From positions 96,001 to 160,000 of the forward strand of contig CAXBMO010000006.1 in assembly GCA_963977015.1 (NCBI GenBank): a stretch of 64,000 nucleotides of DNA, given 5' to 3'. Below are positions 1-9,578 of this stretch, piece by piece. Numbering within the stretch: the first letter of the stretch is position 1; every line of letters starts with the position of its first letter. The notes below the pieces were generated by a model that made no database searches, was not told the origin of the DNA, and saw only the letters and a program-made list of their open reading frames with translations. The DNA comes from an uncultured bacterium. GTDB lineage: Bacteria > Verrucomicrobiota > Verrucomicrobiia > Verrucomicrobiales > DEV007. The position numbers were made by a program, and so were the translations under genes.

Positions 1-1
1 C

Positions 2-169
2 GAAACCGAGTCCCGCGAATGGGTTCACCATGTAAAGCTCGGCCTCAAACTCCAGGCGGCCATGCAGGAACACGGGCTGGAATGCATCGTCAAGGGTCCG
101 GACATCAAACCGGAGAACGACCCCTACAGCTCGATGGAAGACTTTCTGATTCAGAAGGTGAAGGGCTGA
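2..169 (+). CDS. C-terminal fragment of a gene entering from the left, possibly an alpha/beta hydrolase
   Basis: Open frame ETESREWVHHVKLGLKLQAAMQEHGLECIV...QKVKG* ending TGA 167-169; resembles PVC esterase C-termini; converges on next gene. Confidence 0.5.
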   Translation, partial: ETESREWVHHVKLGLKLQAAMQEHGLECIVKGPDIKPENDPYSSMEDFLIQKVKG

Positions 170-177
170 ACCGCGCC

Positions 178-1335
178 CTATTTTCGCGCCTGGGTCACGG
201 CGGCCTGCGCGACTTGGGAGAGGAGCCCGACGACGGCTTCATTCCTGGCCAGTTCGGGGGCGGTCTGGTTGAGGGCGCGCCGGACCATTTCGTTGGTCAC
301 GGTGTCAAACGGGTCCAGAGCAACGAGAAGAATCTCGAGGGCCTCGCGCGCCTGCGGAGCGACCTGTTGAGGTTGAAAGAGCAGGGTCTCCAGTTCCTGC
401 TCAATCATTTGGATGGAGCTGGCTTGCATCCCTTCCCCAATGTAGATGAGAAAGAGGGCCGCCAGCCCTGCGGTGAGAGGATCCTCACTCATGGGGGTGG
501 AGAGGAGTTGATCCGTGCCAAGGTAGGAAATGGCTCTTCCCCCCACGTTCATGGCCGCCCATTTGATGACGTTTTCACCGGCCTTGGCCCGGTAGCGCTC
601 CCGCACCGGTTCGTCCATCAGGCTGAGGGCGAGCCAGTCCCGGGAGACGGCGGGATCGAACGGAAACTGCAGTTGATAGTGCTGCTGAAGGACGTGCATG
701 CAGGCGGCCAGGGCGTAGACGGCGTCCCAGTTCTCCTCGTTGACATGCAGGGCCAGCTCGTCGTTGACGAAGGTGAAGCGCTCCGCCACATAGGCGGCTT
801 TACCGTCGAGTTCCGCGAGCTCGGCCGCGGCGGAGTCCACGTTTCGCTTGGCGTTGGAGATCAACAGTTCGTGCCTGGACCGATCCACCCCTTCAATGGT
901 GGTGGGTGGGTTTTTTCTGACGTAGGCCAGCCGCTCCTGCATGCGATTCAGCTCCGCTTCCAGCTTCGGTCGCTTTTGCAATACGAGGCATGCGTGGAAG
1001 GGGAGGGCGATTTGATCGGCCAAGGCCCGGAGGTCTGGCGACAGGGCGGGGTTGGTTTTGGCGAGTCGTTGGAGGCCTTCGATGGATTGCTTGGCTGCCG
1101 AGGGGATTTTTCGGTAAACTTTTTGTGCTTCAGCCCGGTCTCCCTTGAGGTCGGTCGAGAGAAGAATCGGCCGGAGAATGTTCGACACTTCCGGGGTTTG
1201 GAGTGGGCCATCGGCGAGGGCGAATGCTGCTGACAGGCAAAGCCAAAGGCCGACGAGCGTTGACCGGAGGGCCTGGGTTAAAATCGGGTGGGGTCTGCCT
1301 TCTCCTGAGAAGGCTGTGTTGTCCTGCTTCCTCAT
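178..1335 (-). CDS. Hypothetical exported helical/coiled-coil protein
   Basis: ORF from ATG 1335 (MRKQDN...); hydrophobic segment LVGLWLCLSAAFALA-D; helical Ala/Leu/Glu-rich body; no recognisable motif. Confidence 0.65.
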   Translation of the reverse strand: MRKQDNTAFSGEGRPHPILTQALRSTLVGLWLCLSAAFALADGPLQTPEVSNILRPILLSTDLKGDRAEAQKVYRKIPSAAKQSIEGLQRLAKTNPALSPDLRALADQIALPFHACLVLQKRPKLEAELNRMQERLAYVRKNPPTTIEGVDRSRHELLISNAKRNVDSAAAELAELDGKAAYVAERFTFVNDELALHVNEENWDAVYALAACMHVLQQHYQLQFPFDPAVSRDWLALSLMDEPVRERYRAKAGENVIKWAAMNVGGRAISYLGTDQLLSTPMSEDPLTAGLAALFLIYIGEGMQASSIQMIEQELETLLFQPQQVAPQAREALEILLVALDPFDTVTNEMVRRALNQTAPELARNEAVVGLLSQVAQAAVTQARK

Positions 1336-1450
1336 AGCAAATACGCAAACAGATGACCCCAAATGAGGCAAGCAAAAATAAGTTCCGGGGAGAGGGCTAC
1401 GGAATTCGCGAATCGAACGGGCCCCGAAAGTGGCGCGAGAAGTCGAAAGC

Positions 1451-2158
1451 TCAGGGTGATGGGGAACCGTTGATCGAACGTTCCACGAATGGTGGCACGT
1501 TTTCCGTCGCGGGACCGAGGATGCTCTCGTCGAAGTCGGCGGAGTTGGCGGCGGCTTCGAGGTTGATTTCGACGGTTTGGGCACCGTGTTGTTTGGCGTG
1601 GCTGACGAATTGGGCGGCGGGATAGACGACGCCGGATGTTCCAATCGCGACAAAGAGATCGGCGTCTTCGAGCGCTCGATAGATGCGGTCGAGGTGATAG
1701 GGCATTTCGCCGAACCAGACGATGTCCGGGCGCAGCCCGCCGGGGCGTTTGCAACGCTCACAAATGTTGGTCGCGGCGAGATCGGTCGTGCATTCGGAGA
1801 CGTACTCGCACGAGGTGCAGCGTTTCTTGGCGAGCTCACCGTGCATGTGGAGGACGCGGGTGTTGCCGGCGCGCTCGTGGAGGTTGTCGACGTTTTGAGT
1901 GACGAGAAGGAAGTCGTCGCCGAGGTGTTGCTCCAGCTTGGCGAGTGCGCGGTGGGCGGCGTTCGGCTCGACTTCCGGCAACTGGGCGCGGCGTTGATTG
2001 TAGAAGCGGTGAACGACCTCCGGTTTGTTGGCGAAGGCTCCCGGCGTGGCGACCTCCTCCATGCGATGGCCTTCCCACAAGCCGTTCTTGTCGCGAAAGG
2101 TGCGAATCCCGGATTCGGCGGAAATTCCGGCTCCGGTGAGGATAACGGTCTTCTTCAT
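1451..2158 (-). CDS. cobB: NAD-dependent protein deacylase (class III sirtuin)
   Basis: GAGISAESGIRTFR, TQNVDNLHERAG, HGEL, CxxC..CxxC, RPDIVWFGE, GTSGVVYPAA; YxxR motif. Confidence 0.95.
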   Translation of the reverse strand: MKKTVILTGAGISAESGIRTFRDKNGLWEGHRMEEVATPGAFANKPEVVHRFYNQRRAQLPEVEPNAAHRALAKLEQHLGDDFLLVTQNVDNLHERAGNTRVLHMHGELAKKRCTSCEYVSECTTDLAATNICERCKRPGGLRPDIVWFGEMPYHLDRIYRALEDADLFVAIGTSGVVYPAAQFVSHAKQHGAQTVEINLEAAANSADFDESILGPATENVPPFVERSINGSPSP

Positions 2159-2173
2159 CCCGGGCCGTTGCGG

Positions 2174-2647
2174 TTACATCTCGATGCTGGCAACGGCCAT
2201 GGCGGCCATGCCTTCCTGGCGACCGAGGAATCCCATTTTCTCGTTCGTGGTCGCCTTGATTCCAACCTGACGAACCTCAATTCCAAGCGCCTCAGCCACG
2301 TTTTCCTTCATCGCGTTGGCGTGCGGCATGATCTTGGGGGCTTCGGCGACGAGGGTGGAGTCGATGTTCACAATCGTGGCCGATTTGGAGGCGGCGACTT
2401 CGGCGCATTTGCGAAGAATGTCCATCGAGCTGATTCCTTCGATCGACGGGTCGGTGGGTGGAAAGTAGTAGCCGATGTCGGGCTCGCCCAAGGCGCCGAG
2501 GACGGCGTCGGCGATGGCGTGCGCGAGGACGTCGGCATCGGAGTGGCCGAGGAGTCCGCGTTCGTGAGAGATTTCAACGCCGCCCAGAATGAGGGTGCGG
2601 CCCTCAGCGAGTTGATGGACGTCGTAGCCGATGCCAACGCGATTCAT
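2174..2647 (-). CDS. ispF: 2-C-methyl-D-erythritol 2,4-cyclodiphosphate synthase
   Basis: RVGIGYDVH, GHSDADVLAHAIADA, KATTNEKMGFLGR. Confidence 0.97.
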   Translation of the reverse strand: MNRVGIGYDVHQLAEGRTLILGGVEISHERGLLGHSDADVLAHAIADAVLGALGEPDIGYYFPPTDPSIEGISSMDILRKCAEVAASKSATIVNIDSTLVAEAPKIMPHANAMKENVAEALGIEVRQVGIKATTNEKMGFLGRQEGMAAMAVASIEM

Positions 2648-2650
2648 GGT

Positions 2651-3541
2651 TTAAAGTTGGAAAATTCCGGGGCTAAGTTGGTGGTTGGCGAGGTCCGCGA
2701 GCACGGTTTCATAATCTTGTTGAGCGGTGGCGTAGAGTTCGGCGATCCGCTCTTTCACGGCTGGTGGCTTGGAGGAATTGCCGGTGGGATAAACACGTTT
2801 GTTCAACGCGCGTTGTTGCGGGAAACGATCCGCTTCCACGCCGATGAATCTGAGGACTTCGGTCAGGAATTGGCGAGGTTCTTCGTTGATGAGGCGAAAC
2901 TCGGCCACGAGGAGATTGCCGGGTTTGAGGTGCTGACGCCAGTTGGCGATCATGGTGGAATACATCCCGCGTTGAAGCTGGCCGCCGGCGCGGAGGAACT
3001 TGTCGAGCGCTTCGGGATCGACCTGATCCATGGTGAGGTTGGAGTGCTCGGTGAACTTCTTCTTGGCGTGTGACCAAACCCGCTCAGCCGGAACCCGCAT
3101 GGTGAGGACGGCTTTGATGTCCGGATTGATGAGGCAGACTTCCCGGATGGCGTTGGGCGAGAGCGTTGCATTGGAGGCGGTGGCATCTCCCAGCGCTTTG
3201 GGCGAGTATTTGGTGTGGTGCCGCACGAGCGATTCAACCTGGCGGCGCAGCTTGTGCGGCGTGGAGTCGGACATCGCCATATCCAGGTAGTCTTCGAGAC
3301 GCGGGTAATCGAAGTGCTGTTTTTCCGGCTCAAGCAGGGTGCTGAAGAAGTAGGTCTCCTTTCCCTTGGGCAGGAAGACTTCTGGGTGCGCCTTGAGGTG
3401 AGAGCTGATCCAGCTGGTGCCGGTGCGCTGCGGGCCAAGGATGAGGAAGTCAGGAAACCGCGACAAATCGGCACCGGCTTTCGCCTGCACCATTTCGAGC
3501 TGCTCGCAAACTTCGGGGCTGAGGGTGGTCGGCTTCATCAA
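2651..3541 (-). CDS. Sulfotransferase family protein
   Basis: PDFLILGPQRTGTSW PAPS-binding loop, HPEV..KETYFF, R.PAERVWS. Confidence 0.85.
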   Translation of the reverse strand: MMKPTTLSPEVCEQLEMVQAKAGADLSRFPDFLILGPQRTGTSWISSHLKAHPEVFLPKGKETYFFSTLLEPEKQHFDYPRLEDYLDMAMSDSTPHKLRRQVESLVRHHTKYSPKALGDATASNATLSPNAIREVCLINPDIKAVLTMRVPAERVWSHAKKKFTEHSNLTMDQVDPEALDKFLRAGGQLQRGMYSTMIANWRQHLKPGNLLVAEFRLINEEPRQFLTEVLRFIGVEADRFPQQRALNKRVYPTGNSSKPPAVKERIAELYATAQQDYETVLADLANHQLSPGIFQL

Positions 3542-4291
3542 TTAGGCGAGATCATCCAACGGAAGCTTGCCGTTCGATGACGTGACGCCGAATTTATCGG
3601 ACGCTTCCTTGGGCCGTTTTACCACAGTTCCACCCGCGCGTTCGATCAGAATCTCCCCCGCAGCGATGTCCCACAGACTTACCGATTCCTCAATGTAGGC
3701 GTCGAGACGGCCACAGGCGATGTAGGCCATGCCGAGCGCGGCGCTTCCCAGCATCCGTGTTTTGCGGACCTGAAAGGCGATTTTCTTGTAGCGCTGCAAG
3801 CCGGCTTCCATGCCCTCGTTCGTTTTCGAAAAACCGACGGTGATGACGGCTTCGCCAAGTTTCGCGCGATTGCTGACGGTGATGGGTTTGCCATTTCGGG
3901 TGGGCTCGACGCCGGGCCCGACGGTGAAGAGTTCGTCCATCATCGGATCGTAGATGACGCCGAGGATGATCTCTTCCTTGTGGCGAAGGGCGATCGAAAC
4001 GCAGAAATGCGGGATTCCGTAGAAGAAGTTCACGGTGCCGTCGATCGGATCGACGATCCAGTGGTAGTCGCTCGATTGATCACCAGCGAGGCCTTCTTCA
4101 CCATAAATGGCGTGATCGGGGTGGGCTTTGAGGAGAATCTCCTCGATCTTCTTTTGGCACCGGACATCCAGCTCCAGCTTAATGTCGTGTTCCAGCATCT
4201 CGTCGACGTGGAGATCGGCCTCGTAGTTGTCCTTCTGGATCTGACCGGCGGCTTTGGCGGCGTCGATGGCAGTTTGGAGAAAATCGGTCAT
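3542..4291 (-). CDS. suhB: Inositol monophosphatase family protein
   Basis: GEE, WIVDPIDGTVNF, GSAAL, WDIAAG; start ATG 4291 (MTDFLQ). Confidence 0.9.
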   Translation of the reverse strand: MTDFLQTAIDAAKAAGQIQKDNYEADLHVDEMLEHDIKLELDVRCQKKIEEILLKAHPDHAIYGEEGLAGDQSSDYHWIVDPIDGTVNFFYGIPHFCVSIALRHKEEIILGVIYDPMMDELFTVGPGVEPTRNGKPITVSNRAKLGEAVITVGFSKTNEGMEAGLQRYKKIAFQVRKTRMLGSAALGMAYIACGRLDAYIEESVSLWDIAAGEILIERAGGTVVKRPKEASDKFGVTSSNGKLPLDDLA

Positions 4292-4419
4292 GTGGCAGCG
4301 AAAGTGGCGAGTTGGAATCGAAATGCAACCCAACCTTTTGTTGCGGGCCCTCGGTTGAAACCGGACGGAAACCGGATTTACCGAGTCTGGTTCCCTGGTT
4401 CCGTCCGTAAATCCCGCTG

Positions 4420-5121
4420 ATGAGCCGATCTATTCTTATTGCTGGTGGAAATTCCGGAATTGGCAAAGAAACGCTGAAACTCCTTCAGGAGGACGGGAAA
4501 CAGGTGTTTTGCGCCGCCCGAAGTCATGGAAATATCAGTCAGATTCCGAAACTGGCGATGCTGCCGTTTTATGCCGAGGACGAAGATCCGAAGCTCAACC
4601 TCCCGGATGAAATCCACGGAGCGGTGTATTTTCCGGGAACGATCACGCTCAAGCCGTTTCGCAGTCTGAAAATCGAGGACTTTCTGAACGATCTTCAGAT
4701 CAACTTCTTTGGTGCAGTGAGGTTTCTTCAGCAAGCTTACCCTGCGCTGAAAAAATCGGGATCAGCCTCGGTGGTGCTCTTCTCGACAGTCGCCGTTGAG
4801 GTTGGTTTGCCCTACCACGCCAGCATCGCGGCGGCGAAAGGAGCCGTCGAAGGGCTGGCCAAATCGCTCGCCGCAGAGTGGGCGCCGGGCATTCGCGTCA
4901 ATTGCATCGCGCCATCGCTGACGGACACTCCGCTGGGTGCCCATCTGCTCGACACGGATGCCAAACGGGACGCCGCGGCTTCACGACATCCATTGAAGCA
5001 AATTGGCGATCCTCGCGATGTGGCCAAACTCGTCCGCTTTCTCTTAAGCGACGGCTCCAAATTCATGACGGGCCAGGTTCTTCGACCGGACGGCGGCCTT
5101 TCGTCAGTTCGCACTGTCTAG
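4420..5121 (+). CDS. SDR family oxidoreductase
   Basis: GGNSGIG, RVNCIAPSLTDT, TGQVLRPDGG; atypical active site IAAAK (no Tyr). Confidence 0.9.
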   Translation: MSRSILIAGGNSGIGKETLKLLQEDGKQVFCAARSHGNISQIPKLAMLPFYAEDEDPKLNLPDEIHGAVYFPGTITLKPFRSLKIEDFLNDLQINFFGAVRFLQQAYPALKKSGSASVVLFSTVAVEVGLPYHASIAAAKGAVEGLAKSLAAEWAPGIRVNCIAPSLTDTPLGAHLLDTDAKRDAAASRHPLKQIGDPRDVAKLVRFLLSDGSKFMTGQVLRPDGGLSSVRTV

Positions 5122-5326
5122 GGCGCGTTTGAAAAAGAGGTCGAGACGCGCTGCGAGTGATTTTGTCGACTGGGAATGATGGCTCGGGGCGGCAATGAGC
5201 CTTCTCACAAAGCCTCGAACAGCATTTCCAGTCGGCAAAAGCGCCGCACCTCAAGATCATGCGAAGCCAATCTTCAACAATGATGAACAACTTGCGCGTC
5301 CGTCATCATTTTCAAACGCTCCCTAG
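5118..5326. mobile_element. MITE-like element with 18-bp terminal inverted repeats including bounding CTAG
   Basis: CTAGGGCGCGTTTGAAAA (5118-5135) vs TTTTCAAACGCTCCCTAG (5309-5326), 17/18 complementary; internal stem 5161-5178/5223-5240; no transposase. Confidence 0.7.
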
Positions 5327-5458
5327 GCTTGGCCGAATCCTGGGCGGTAATTCTCCGCCTGAAACCGGAGTTTTGAGAAAACAGACAACTTTGTCTGTTT
5401 TAAGTGTAAGCACCCAATCTCTCCGGCGACCCATTCTTAACACAACACACGAAAAGCA

Positions 5459-5614
5459 ATGACCTCTACAACCATCCAGCAGTCAGCAATCACCGATCAA
5501 TCCCTGAGTGACAAGGACCGTGCCTTCATTCGCCTCGCCAGCGCCATTCTGGGCCAGCCTGAAGAAATTCTCCTCGCCGACTTCCTCGCCAAAAAGCTCG
5601 GGAAAGCAAGTTGA
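5459..5614 (+). CDS. Small hypothetical protein (51 aa)
   Basis: MTSTTIQQSAITDQSLSDKDRAFIRLASAILGQPEEILLADFLAKKLGKAS*; A/C-rich leader, host-like codons; not in ORF track. Confidence 0.55.
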   Translation: MTSTTIQQSAITDQSLSDKDRAFIRLASAILGQPEEILLADFLAKKLGKAS

Positions 5615-5706
5615 TCAGCTTGGGGCGGACTGCTGGGGGCTTGGTCTCTGGCGCTCCTCGCCGAACCGGCTGAGTTCGTGATCGATCTGGATTCTGAACA
5701 CGGGCT

Positions 5707-6354
5707 TTACTTCCCCACCAACTCCTCGATCACCGCGACTAGTTTGCCGGCCAGATCCGACTTCGCCGCTTTCGGGAGCCGCTCCACCCGTCCATCGGCG
5801 AAGAACAACACGATCTCGTTTGCATCGGAGTCGAACCCGATATCGCTGCGGCTTACATCATTGGCGACGATGATGTCACATCGCTTGCGGCTCAGCTTGT
5901 CTTTCGCGTAACGCTCGAGCTGCTCCGTCTCAGCTGCAAAACCGACCAGCACACCGGTAAATCCCAGTTGATCCCGTGCGCTGCCCAAAATGTCTTCGGT
6001 CTTCTCCAGCTGAATCGTCGGCGCCTCATTCTGCGTCTTCTTGATCTTGTTCTCGGAAACCGTGACCGGGCGATAATCCGCCACCGCCGCCGTCATGATT
6101 GCCACGTCCATCTTCCCAATCCGCTGCGCCACCGCGTCATACATCTCCCGCGTCGTTTCCACCGCGGTGGTATGAACATGAACACTGTGCGGAGCCTGAA
6201 TCGCCACGGGACCGGAAATTAACTCAACTTCATGCCCGGCATGGCCCGCCGCCTCCGCAATCGCGAACCCCATTTTTCCCGAGGACCGATTGCTGATGAA
6301 CCGCACCGGATCAATCGGCTCACGCGTCGGCCCCGCCGTGATCAAAATCTTCAT
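5707..6354 (-). CDS. coaB: Phosphopantothenate-cysteine ligase (stand-alone CoaB)
   Basis: LITAGPTREPIDPVRFISNRSSGKMG, AAVADY, VGFAAET, IVANDV. Confidence 0.93.
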   Translation of the reverse strand: MKILITAGPTREPIDPVRFISNRSSGKMGFAIAEAAGHAGHEVELISGPVAIQAPHSVHVHTTAVETTREMYDAVAQRIGKMDVAIMTAAVADYRPVTVSENKIKKTQNEAPTIQLEKTEDILGSARDQLGFTGVLVGFAAETEQLERYAKDKLSRKRCDIIVANDVSRSDIGFDSDANEIVLFFADGRVERLPKAAKSDLAGKLVAVIEELVGK

Positions 6355-6941
6355 GACGACGCTTTTTTCGGTAAGACCTTCAACATCGCCTCAATCTTCT
6401 CTACGATTCCATCCACCGCCCAAAGCCGTCCCGCGCCCTCATACCCACAAGCCAGCATCCCGTCCTCTTCCGGGCCAATAAACTCGACCCCGCGCGATCG
6501 CAGCTTCTCCACATTCTCCTGCGTCACCGGATTCAGCCACATCTTCCCATTCATCGCCGGCGCGATCAAAAACGGCGCCCGCGTTGCCAGTGCAATTGCC
6601 GTCAGCGCATCGCCCGCCAGCCCATACGTCAGCTGCGCAATGATGTTCGCCGTCGCTGGCGCAATCACGAACAAATCCGCGCGATCCGCCAACTGGATAT
6701 GCCCTGGGTGCCAACTCTCCTTTTCATCGTAAAGCCCCGCCGTCACCGGATTCTTCGAAAGCACCTGCAATGTCAGCGGTGTGATGAACTCCTGAGCATC
6801 CGCCGTCATCACCACATTGACCGTATGCCCCAGCTTCGTCAGTTGGCTCGTCAGATCCGCCGCCTTGTAAGCCGCAATCGACCCGGTAATGCCGAGGACA
6901 ATGGTTTTTGGTTGGGAGCTGCTCATTGACTCGACTATCAC
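6351..6941 (-). CDS. coaC: Phosphopantothenoylcysteine decarboxylase (stand-alone CoaC)
   Basis: GITGSIAAYK, HIQLA, IAPATAN, APAMN, LACG..G.GRL; ATGA overlap with coaB. Confidence 0.93.
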   Translation of the reverse strand: MIVESMSSSQPKTIVLGITGSIAAYKAADLTSQLTKLGHTVNVVMTADAQEFITPLTLQVLSKNPVTAGLYDEKESWHPGHIQLADRADLFVIAPATANIIAQLTYGLAGDALTAIALATRAPFLIAPAMNGKMWLNPVTQENVEKLRSRGVEFIGPEEDGMLACGYEGAGRLWAVDGIVEKIEAMLKVLPKKASS

Positions 6942-7080
6942 CTCAACAACGAGTGGTAACCTTCCCGATTCCCTCAGACGGGTTGACCGAAAAGTTTACA
7001 TCGGAACTGGGAAAGTAACTATCCGTGACGATCATGCTCAGGGCGTCTGAATGTTCGTTTAATAATTTTAGGTTCCAAGA

Positions 7081-8589
7081 TCAGAATTCTGCCAACTTCC
7101 GAACCGCCTCTACCAACCCCTCGAAATCATGTGTTTCCGCCTCTGTGTCGATGTTCATCCCTTCATCCCGAACTGCTTTTGACGTAATCGGCCCAATCGA
7201 GGCGATTTTGAGCCCTTCGGGAAGGGGGAGGCCCAGGTCGAGGAAATGTTCCACGGTGGAGGCGCTGGTGAAGGTGATGATGTCGGCGCCTTCGGTTTTG
7301 AAGCGTTCGGCGGCTCCGGTCGGGTCTTCGGTTTCCGCGACGGTGCGGTAGGCGATGGCTTCGTCGAGGATGACGCCTTTGGCGTTGAGGCGCTGGGACA
7401 GGACGTTGCGGGCGTCTTTGGCGCGGACCCAGAGCATGCGGAGGTTGTCGATGCTGCCCTGGGCTTCGATGGCGTCAGCGAGGCCTTCGGCGACGTGTTT
7501 CTCCGGGATGAGGTCGACGGCGAGGTGGTATTCCTTGATCTTCTGGGCCGTGCCGGGACCGACGGCGGCGATTTTGGCGCCACCGAGTTCGCGGGCGTCG
7601 TCGTAGATCTTGAAGAAGAGGTCGAAGAAACGTTCGACGCCGTTGGGGCTGGTGAAGAGGAGCCAGTCGTAGGAATGGGCGTCCTGAACGAGTTTGCCGA
7701 ATTCGAGCATGTCCTCGGGCGGCTCGATGCGGATGGTGGGCAGTTCGTAGACGTCGGCGCCGAGTTCGCGGAGCTTGGCGCTGAGGACGCCGGCTTGTGT
7801 GCGGGTGCGGGTGACGACAATGCGTTTGCCAAAGAGAGGGCGCGTTTCGAACCAGTTGAGTTCTTCGCGCAAGTTGACGACGGTGCCGATGACACAGACG
7901 GCAGGCGACTTGAAGCCGGTTTCTTCGACGCGATCGGCAATGGTGCCGAGCGTTCCGGTGAGGGATTCCTGGCCGCCGGTGGTGGCCCAGCGGATCATGG
8001 CGACGGGGGTGTCGGTGGCGAGTCCCTCCTTGGCAAGCGCTTCGGTGATGTTGCGAATGCGCTCGACGCCCATGAGCATGACTTTGGTGCCATCCGCTTC
8101 GGCAATCTTCTTGAAGTCGAGCGAGGACTCTTCCTTGTCCGGGTTTTCGTGACCGGTGAAGATGGTGAGTTGGCTGCAGTGATCGCGATGGGTGACGGGA
8201 ATGCCGGCGTAGATGGGGCCGCCGATGGAGGAGCTGATGCCGGGGACGATCTCAAAGGGGATGCCGGCCTCGCGGAGTTCCTGGGCTTCTTCGCCGCCGC
8301 GCCCAAAGATCATGGGGTCGCCGCCTTTGAGGCGACAGACGGTTTTTCCGGCTTGGGCGAGCTCGACGAGAAGGGCGTTGATGCCGCCCTGGCTGAGCGT
8401 GTGGTGCTTGGACTTTTTGCCGGCGTAGATGAGCTCGGCGTCAGGTTTGGCCCAGGCGAGAAGCTGGTTGTTCGACAGATAGTCGTAGACGATGGCGTCG
8501 GCGCGCTCGATGCATTCGCGTCCTTTAAGAGTGATGAGGCCGGGGTCGCCGGGGCCGGCGCCGACGAGATAGACTGTTCCGCTGGGCAT
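7081..8589 (-). CDS. cobA: Uroporphyrinogen-III C-methyltransferase / synthase fusion (CobA-HemD)
   Basis: VYLVGAGPGDPGLITLKG, RLKGGDPMIFGRGGEE; C-terminal HemD motifs VVTR, FTSPNGV, FTSASTV. Confidence 0.95.
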   Translation of the reverse strand: MPSGTVYLVGAGPGDPGLITLKGRECIERADAIVYDYLSNNQLLAWAKPDAELIYAGKKSKHHTLSQGGINALLVELAQAGKTVCRLKGGDPMIFGRGGEEAQELREAGIPFEIVPGISSSIGGPIYAGIPVTHRDHCSQLTIFTGHENPDKEESSLDFKKIAEADGTKVMLMGVERIRNITEALAKEGLATDTPVAMIRWATTGGQESLTGTLGTIADRVEETGFKSPAVCVIGTVVNLREELNWFETRPLFGKRIVVTRTRTQAGVLSAKLRELGADVYELPTIRIEPPEDMLEFGKLVQDAHSYDWLLFTSPNGVERFFDLFFKIYDDARELGGAKIAAVGPGTAQKIKEYHLAVDLIPEKHVAEGLADAIEAQGSIDNLRMLWVRAKDARNVLSQRLNAKGVILDEAIAYRTVAETEDPTGAAERFKTEGADIITFTSASTVEHFLDLGLPLPEGLKIASIGPITSKAVRDEGMNIDTEAETHDFEGLVEAVRKLAEF

Positions 8590-8724
8590 GTTGGTTGGTA
8601 ATTCGTTGGGGGAGGCTCTGAGGTTGCGGAAGGGGATCCGCAAACCCCATTTCGACTCCGGGGAGGACGAAATGGAACCTACGCACAGCGAATTGACAAG
8701 CGTTTGATCGAACGCGTGATCCTC

Positions 8725-9438
8725 CTAAAGCGCTTTCAGCGCGGCAACGATGTCGGTCGGTTCGGCGCGATTGCGGTAGTCGGCGTCGAGGAAGGCCCAC
8801 TGGATGGTTCCGTCTTTGTCGATGATGTAGGTCGCGGCGAGGGGAAGTTCGTTATCCTTGGCGTCATCGCCGTTGTATTGCTGGAGGTTGAAGGCCTCTT
8901 TGTAGAGTCTCGCAACTTCAGGCGTGAGGTTGAAGAGGGTTCCGTATTCCTTGGCGATTTTGTGGTTGAGATCGGTCAAGACTTGAAACTCGAGGCCGTT
9001 TTTCTCGCTGGTGGAGAGTGAGTTGTCGGGAAGCTCGGGCGTCAGGGCGAGAAGTTGGGCTCCGGCTGCCTGGAACTCGGGGAGCTTTTGCTGAAGGGCG
9101 CGCAACGTGAGGTTGCAGTAAGGGCACCAGCCGCCGCGATACCAGGTGAGAACGACAGGGCCGTCTTTGAGCATGGTGGATAGGGTGACCTCTTCGCCGG
9201 AGGCGTTGGTGAGGGTGAAATCGGGGGCTTGATCGCCGACTTGCTTTGCCGAGGCCACGATCCCCGCCCGAACCACGGCGCGGACGCCTTCTTCGTAGGC
9301 GGCTTTCTTCGATTCCGAAGCGGCAGCTGTGGATTTGGCTTTGTAGGCTTCGAGTTGCTGGGCGAGCGACTCGTTCTCAGCAGTGGCGTTGCTGGTGAAG
9401 GCGAGCATGGTGAGAAAGAGGAAGTAGATACGGGTCAT
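8725..9438 (-). CDS. Exported peroxiredoxin-like AhpC/TSA family protein
   Basis: Signal peptide MTRIYFLFLTMLAFTSNATA; YRGGWCPYCN; ATYIIDKDG; YRNRAEP. Confidence 0.88.
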   Translation of the reverse strand: MTRIYFLFLTMLAFTSNATAENESLAQQLEAYKAKSTAAASESKKAAYEEGVRAVVRAGIVASAKQVGDQAPDFTLTNASGEEVTLSTMLKDGPVVLTWYRGGWCPYCNLTLRALQQKLPEFQAAGAQLLALTPELPDNSLSTSEKNGLEFQVLTDLNHKIAKEYGTLFNLTPEVARLYKEAFNLQQYNGDDAKDNELPLAATYIIDKDGTIQWAFLDADYRNRAEPTDIVAALKAL

Positions 9439-9548
9439 GGGAAGTTGGATAACAGAGATACCAAGGTTGGTAGCCCACAGGGCTGTAACCTTAATCGAGA
9501 ATTTGAGATTTCCCGAGTTGCCAGGGTGAAAGCATTCATGGTAGCCTG

Positions 9549-9565
9549 TTGGCACGTGAACTGCT
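9549..9565 (+). promoter_or_regulatory. Putative sigma54 (-24/-12) promoter
   Basis: TTGGCACGTGAACTGCT: GG-N10-GC with TGGCACG, just upstream of ATG 9579. Confidence 0.55.
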
Positions 9566-9578
9566 ACAAAATGTTGGG

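Noticed and set aside
19-3073. Long + strand ORFs 19..1233 and 1577..3073
   Set aside because: Antisense shadows of recognisable - strand genes in GC-rich DNA; no motifs.
4361-4414. Alternative hairpins before the SDR gene
   Set aside because: Short 8-9 bp stems are plausible by chance; no recognisable RNA family.
5707-6941. Split coaBC as a frameshifted pseudogene
   Set aside because: Both halves are complete with ATGA coupling; split CoaB/CoaC is known.
8590-8724. Two hairpins upstream of cobA-hemD as a cobalamin riboswitch
   Set aside because: Too short, with no B12-box or other conserved elements recognised.
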